From assembly GCA_002269645.1 (NCBI GenBank), contig NIVC01002146.1, positions 136,668-200,667 on the forward strand: a stretch of 64,000 nucleotides of DNA, read 5' to 3'. Each line of letters starts with the position of its first letter. The first letter of the stretch is position 1. The stretch is from Macrostomum lignano (lineage: Eukaryota). Of this stretch, positions 58,661 through 64,000 are shown in pieces. Under the pieces are notes generated by a model. The model was not told where the DNA came from, did no database searches, and saw nothing but the letters and a program-made list of their open reading frames with translations. Position numbers and translations under genes: made by a program.

Positions 58661-60874
58661 TGATGTAACCACGCTCTGGTCGCGGGATAGGGCATGGGAA
58701 CTTTTTCGAAAGTGCCTCCTATCCCGTGCACCCTCTGCACAGAGCTGTCGAGACTCGGCCAGGTCTCCGACCGGGCCTGGAGACTCCCGCTCTGCTGCAC
58801 CCCTCCTGCTGCCTTGGTCCCGTCTCTCCTGCCGCCACACCTGCCTTTCCGGAGCCCCTACCCCTTTCTGTACCTCCCCCTCTACCCTATCTCTTCTGTT
58901 CCCGCCCTATTCTTCCTGTACTTTCTCTACCTCCTCCCTTTTTTGTCTCCCTCTGCACTCTTTTCCTGCGCTGTCCCCTCTTTCCCTGTGTCTACTTACA
59001 GTACTTTGTGTGCTCACCGTCTCCCCATCCCCTCTCAAACTCCCAAACGGTGACGCAAGTCGTGTGACCCCTTCTCCCCCTCGGTGACTCATCGATGACT
59101 CATCCCCCTCTCTTGCGCAACCTTTTCTCACGCTATTGTTCTCCTTCCCAAATTTCTCATGTGACACCCACCCCACCTCCGCTTCTATTGTTCTCGTTTT
59201 TGCTTCTTTTGTTCTCTCGACCCCCACCAATTATCACATTTTCTCCGATTTTCTCTTTCTTTTGTTCTCGTTTTCGCACCTAATTATCACCTTTTCTCCA
59301 ATGTTTACTTTTCCATTGTTCTCAGTTTTCCCCAATTATCCCCGATTTCCAATTCCTTTGTTCTCGACCCCAGCCCTATTGTTCTCAATGTTTGCTTGCG
59401 CAACACTTTCGCGACCACCCGCTGCGCCAATTATCCCCCACCCCACCTCCGGATTGCGCAATTTCCCGATTTCTCATGTTGCTATGCCGGTCTCATGCTT
59501 CTCATCATGACTCATTCTGACGTCATTCTGCCGGCAGCCAATCAGAGAGAGGGAGCCATGGTAACGACCTTGAGGAGGCGGCTGTGAGGTCTATAAAAGG
59601 AAGCGATTTCGGCATGAGAATACTCAACTGAGTTTATCTCTGTTCCTCTCCTCGTCCTTCTTTGGACTTGCTGTCAGATTGAGTTCTGACCCATTCGTCT
59701 ATAAGACGAATCCCTGCCGGTCCGCGGTCTGTTACCGCCAAGTTATCCTTAGCTCCCCAAGTGAGCTCGCCTATCGGCCAGCGGTCTGATACCGCCCAGC
59801 ATCATCAGCATCGCCTGATCTACATCAGCGCCTCGTCGCTCCAGCGCATCGCCGCTTCACCGTCTGCCTGACTGCAGCCTACAGCCGCCCTCGGTCACTC
59901 CGCCTCTCTCTCTCTCTGTGCAGCTGCCGGTAAGTTCCTACTACTAATTTGTGCTCTAATTGCCTTTGCTTATCCGGGGTTTGCCTATTTTCCATTGTCT
60001 GATTAGAGAGCTGAGCCAATTGTGATACCGTATCTTTTGCTGTATTTTACTCAATAGTGAAGCCGCCTAATTGCCTGCTTATTTGCCTAAGGGCCTAATT
60101 ATTAACTATTAACTAACTTCATCATTATTCAATCTTTCACCATCATTTCACTCATGGCTTGCTAAGCCTTTCTCCCGGGGTGGCAAAGCATAAGGAAGTT
60201 TGGGTAAGCTAATGGCCTCTCCCGTGCAAAGCCCGCCTGTGAGTGCGTGCTGCGGGCCGCGTGTGCGTGCAGTAGAGGGATTAGCGAGTCTTGGCACAGA
60301 ATGGCAGTAGGAAGGTTGCAACCCCATGCTAACGCGTCCCTTCGCCCTGAGCAATCTAAACTGTAGACAGTACATGTTCGCCTCATACTACTCTTAGTAA
60401 TCAAAGTCGCAAGTCAGCCTCGCTCACAGCCACAAAGGATCCCCTGCTGAGAAATCCTCCAGGATTGAGCCCAGAGTTCCCGATCATGCCCCAAGCAGAG
60501 TCCCTGTACTCGGCTGCATGCGTCTCCCCTGTTAGCCTAAATCCCCTGGTAACCAATCCAGGCGGGGCTCTAGCCTCGAGAGGTCTGGTAGAAAGATCCA
60601 GGTGCGCCAGGTCACATAGAGTGGTGGCAGCCACTCGGTCATACCATGACCGAGTGACCAACTATTGCACCTTGGCTACAGGTGGGGTCCATGTGGGTCC
60701 TTGGCCCTCTGGTCACGAAGCGCTACCAAAGCTACTAATCATGTGGGCGGGACAGTCTGGTGCTGGAGGTCCGTCAGGTCATTGCCCGGTCATAGGCAGC
60801 CTACGGTCATTGCCCCCTCTAGCCATGCGTTCGTCTCTCTACGGAGCGGACAGGCGACGAGGGCGGTTACATCA
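58661..60874 (+). repeat. 3' LTR (2214 bp)
   Basis: Direct repeat of 49585-51782. Confidence 0.95.
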
Positions 60875-61269
60875 TTTATTTTAAAAGCCGTTAATAAGCA
60901 AGAATGAGTGACTCGGAAAGTAGCGCCAGTTTCTGAACAACTTAATGCTTACAAATCAATGCGTCAATCTCTTTTCTTTAAAAGTAATAGCTTTTAAAAT
61001 AAATACGCGAAATAAGTGCCCCCAGGATTAAATTGAGTGGAACGAAACAGCATACTTGGCCATAGACATATCTCTAGTGACGGCGGAATGAATTGGAATT
61101 CTCTATTGCGGATTAAATTGAGTGCTTCTAGGACCAAATTGACCGGGAAAAGCTATAGTAAGCATCCACCAGACAATAAGTAGCTAGTGCAACAATTTCC
61201 TTAGCTCTATAGTGGCTCCTTTAAAATTGGCATGACGCTTACTTTTACGTTTAAAATTGTGTATCTTTT

Positions 61270-61605
61270 ATGTTTGACCTGGTGGCTCTTTTATGTTTGA
61301 CATAGTGGCTCTTTAATGCTTGACATGGTGGCTCTTTTATGTTTGACATAGTGGCTCTTTAGTGTTTGACATGGTGGCTCTTTAATGTTTGACATGGTGG
61401 CTCTTTATTGTTCGACATGGTGGCTCTTTAATGTTTAACATAGTGGCTCTTTAGTGTTTGACATGGTGGCTCTTTAATGTTCGACATGATGGCTCTTTAA
61501 TGTTTGACATGGTGGCTCTTTAATGTTCGACATGGTGGTCCTTTTATGTTTGACATGGTGGCTCTTTTATGTTTGACATGATGGCTCTTTAATGTTTGAC
61601 ATTGT
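61270..61605. repeat. 23-bp tandem repeat (GTTTGACATGGTGGCTCTTTAAT), ~14 copies
   Basis: Direct inspection. Confidence 0.92.
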
Positions 61606-61662
61606 GCTTTTTGTGTTTAGCATTTTGTGTTTTTAAGGTGTTTTAATAAAAAAAATCTTTTT

Positions 61663-61725
61663 GCACTACTAAGATTCGAACCCAGGTCGCTGCATTAGCA
61701 GTCCAGTCTGTTCGCATCTATGCTA
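61663..61725 (-). pseudogene. tRNA-derived (Ser-GCT-like) fragment or SINE head
   Basis: Minus strand TAGCATAGATG (A-box-like), GACTGCTAAT (anticodon-arm-like), GGGTTCGAATC (B box); no complete cloverleaf. Confidence 0.4.
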
Positions 61726-63089
61726 TCTCTTGTCAATTGGAAAACATGAATTGTGGCCCTTATAATTCAATTCTTACAGCAAGTCAGTGAGAGTAGAAAG
61801 TTATGACATAATCAATTTCTCAGTCAGCCAGTATCAGTCTCAATGTAAGTTAGCAATATTATTACGCAATTTTAATCAAGTTGTGTGTGCATTTCTTCGG
61901 CACTCTTTTCAACTTGTTGTGATGCAATCTTTATCAGAATTGGAATTCAGTCAGTCAGGTTTTTATCTAGCATTCTTACAATGCATTTCAAGTCGAAAAT
62001 TTTGCTTGACATTGCAAATAAACATGTTTTTCGAATATTTAATCTCTTTAGAATTGAGCAATTTCTTAGCCAAGATGCATGTACCGTCCCAAGAAAAATT
62101 TCTGATCGAATGGTGCAAGTTTGAAGAAAATCGGTTGAGCCATTTTTTCTGAAATCTATCGCATTGCTACAGACAACTCATTTTTAGTATATGGGATTTA
62201 TGTAGGGCATAATATGTTTAAAACCTTTTTTGTACTTTTAAATACTTTAAACTAGGACTTAAAAATTACTTGAGAAAATGTTAGTTCCTTTCCCAAGGTC
62301 AATTTAATACTCGCCCTCGACTCTGCTCTGCTTATCGTAGAATTGACAAAAATGTCAAAACGTTCAGTGAATCTATTCAGCTTCGTATTATCCTACAGTT
62401 CATACTTGGATTACAACAATCGGGCTCTACGGTCATGTAGTGTGATAACATACTGTTCTGTGTAGGAGAGCATCTAGTGACGCTCGGCATATGCAAGTAT
62501 CCAATGGTACACGTACATGTACAGTCATTCGTAGTAATGACATGCTATGGTGGAATTAAATAATACTTTAAATATTTAATGCCATTATAATATTCTGTTC
62601 GCAAAATTCTGTACTGGGGCATAAGTGGTTAAAAATCTAAAAAATTGAAATGAAATCTGTCATGGATTTCATCAAAGATCGGTATTGGTGTCATGTGCAG
62701 CCAGTGATGCACTTCTACCTGCGAACAGCCGAGGCTTATCATTTGGGCGTACTCTTGGACTTGACAACCATGAATAGCGAGAATGTCGCCGACAGACCAG
62801 TTTTTTCACCTGCGCAGAACTGGCCCAAAAAGTGCAGGACACAGACGACCAGACTTATCAACAATAGTAACTTTTGCCAAATGGACGAGCTTTCCGGAAC
62901 CATTTTGCACTTCCTTTGGCTTCTCAACTGCAGAAATAATGCCACAAACGTCAACGTCAACGAACGAACAACAGTGTTTTAGGTAATATAATTAACTTTA
63001 ATTTGTGCCACAGAAAACACGGCTGGTGCTTTTTTGCCGAACGCGCTTAATAACTAAGTAAATCGCGAGTACAGACAGTTTTAATCATG

Positions 63090-63850
63090 CCGCCCTGCTG
63101 GTGCTGGTGCTTTCTTTCTTTCTGCTTCAGGGCGCGCCCGAGCCGGAAGACGGCGATAATGGCGGGGTGCTAGAGGCACCCCATACTGCGCAGGAGCTCG
63201 ATGACCGCGGCCGGTTCTCCAAGTTCTCGAATGGAATTCCGCGTTAGGCTCGGTGGCGGTCGCCTCTTGGGCAGCGGAGGACGACGTGGTCGGCGCTGTC
63301 CACCTCGCCGCAGTCGGGCACAGGGGGACGCGTCGATGCCGAGCCGGTGCGAGTTTTCTTGTCGATCATGCTGGCGCCCGCGCGCAGCTGGTTAATCAGG
63401 ACCTGCAGTTTCCGCGGCAGGCCCAGAGGCAGGCTCTAGAAAGGGCCGACTGCTGCGGTTCCAGGACGCTCTGGTGGCGTCCATCTGGATCGGGGCATGG
63501 CCTAGGTCGAGGTTTGCTGCCCTGGCCGCTGCCTGGTTGGCAGCCTCGTTGCCGGTTATACCGCAGTGGGCCGGGACCCAGCAGAAGCCGGTCCTGGTAC
63601 CTAGCTCGGTCAGGTTCAGGATGAGCTGCCAGCAGTCGGCTGCCACTGAGTCCCTCTGCCTAAGTGGCCCGGCGCTCAGGGCCGTGATGGCGCTCAGGCT
63701 GTCGGTGGCGATGGTGGTACTGCTTCTGCTTGTGCTGCTGCTGCTCCTGTTGCTGTGCGTAGTACTGGCGGACGGCCTCGCATCGCGCCACCCGGTGCCC
63801 CCTACCGCAGAAGTAGCATGTTACGGCTACGAAAGAAGGCAAATATAGTG
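63090..63850 (-). mobile_element. Internally deleted I/R1-like non-LTR retrotransposon (ORF1 zinc knuckle + RNase H + C-terminal Zn finger)
   Basis: 'CYFCGRGHRVARC'; 'IATDSLSAITAL...FCWVPAHCGITGNEAANQAA' (RNase H); 'DCGEVDSADHVVLRCP'; frameshifted. Confidence 0.75.
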
Positions 63851-64000
63851 GAATTGTCAGTTTTATAATTCTACACACTCGTATTAGACTATTCGTCTAC
63901 AGTAGCTAGTGATTTTTTTTCATTCGTTCATTTATTTTATTTCTTTTACTGAAGGTTTATTCATTAAAAACAATGCTAAGCTTGCTTTCTTTGCCTTAAA

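Larger units (their letters stand above)
49585..60874 (+). mobile_element. Ty3/gypsy-type LTR retrotransposon, non-autonomous (gag + protease, no RT/RH/IN)
   Basis: Near-identical LTRs with TG...CA ends and TGATGTAACC/GGTTACATCA terminal inverted repeats, TTTA TSD (49581-84, 60875-78), PBS, PPT, gag and PR ORFs. Confidence 0.95.
49429..61155. mobile_element. ~440-bp TA-flanked MITE with ~168-bp TIRs, split by the LTR element
   Basis: 49429-49584 + 60879-60888 is the reverse complement of 60990-61155; TA TSD at 49427-28 and 61156-57. Confidence 0.8.

Noticed and set aside
62650-62986. 110-aa ORF and overlapping short ORFs
   Set aside because: No recognisable domain or splice context.

Overview
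Eukaryotic (animal) genomic DNA, repeat-rich, with GC/CpG-rich exons in AT-rich introns and one 540-bp N gap. The style suggests a free-living flatworm such as Macrostomum, but that is inference only. Host genes: (1) the 3' part of an intronless TRPV-like channel (3-1349, +); (2) a two-exon uncharacterised gene with a possible degenerate KH-fold domain (2148-3300, -); (3) TCERG1/CA150 (3 WW + FF repeats), with seven well-supported exons at 14192-33092 and a probable tiny first exon at 5410-5429 (~1240 aa in total); (4) a TACC-domain gene (34683-36465, +). The rest is transposons and tandem repeats: two mariner elements (one nearly intact), RTE-, I-like and Penelope retroelement remnants, several MITE/foldback families, a CpG-free block with a decayed CMC/EnSpm-like transposase, an intron-containing RPA70-like OB-fold remnant next to Helitron-like ends, and many minisatellites. 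The most unusual object is a young 11.3-kb LTR retrotransposon (49585-60874; 2.2-kb LTRs, TTTA TSD, tRNA-Leu PBS, PPT) that encodes Gag and a protease but no RT/RNaseH/integrase. It carries a reconstructable GGGAAAC + pseudoknot -1 frameshift signal, a candidate PBS-skipping splice to gag, and a candidate antisense spliced gene in place of pol. It sits inside a TA-flanked MITE, which itself sits inside an 18-bp tandem array. All coordinates were read by eye; no searches or alignments were run.
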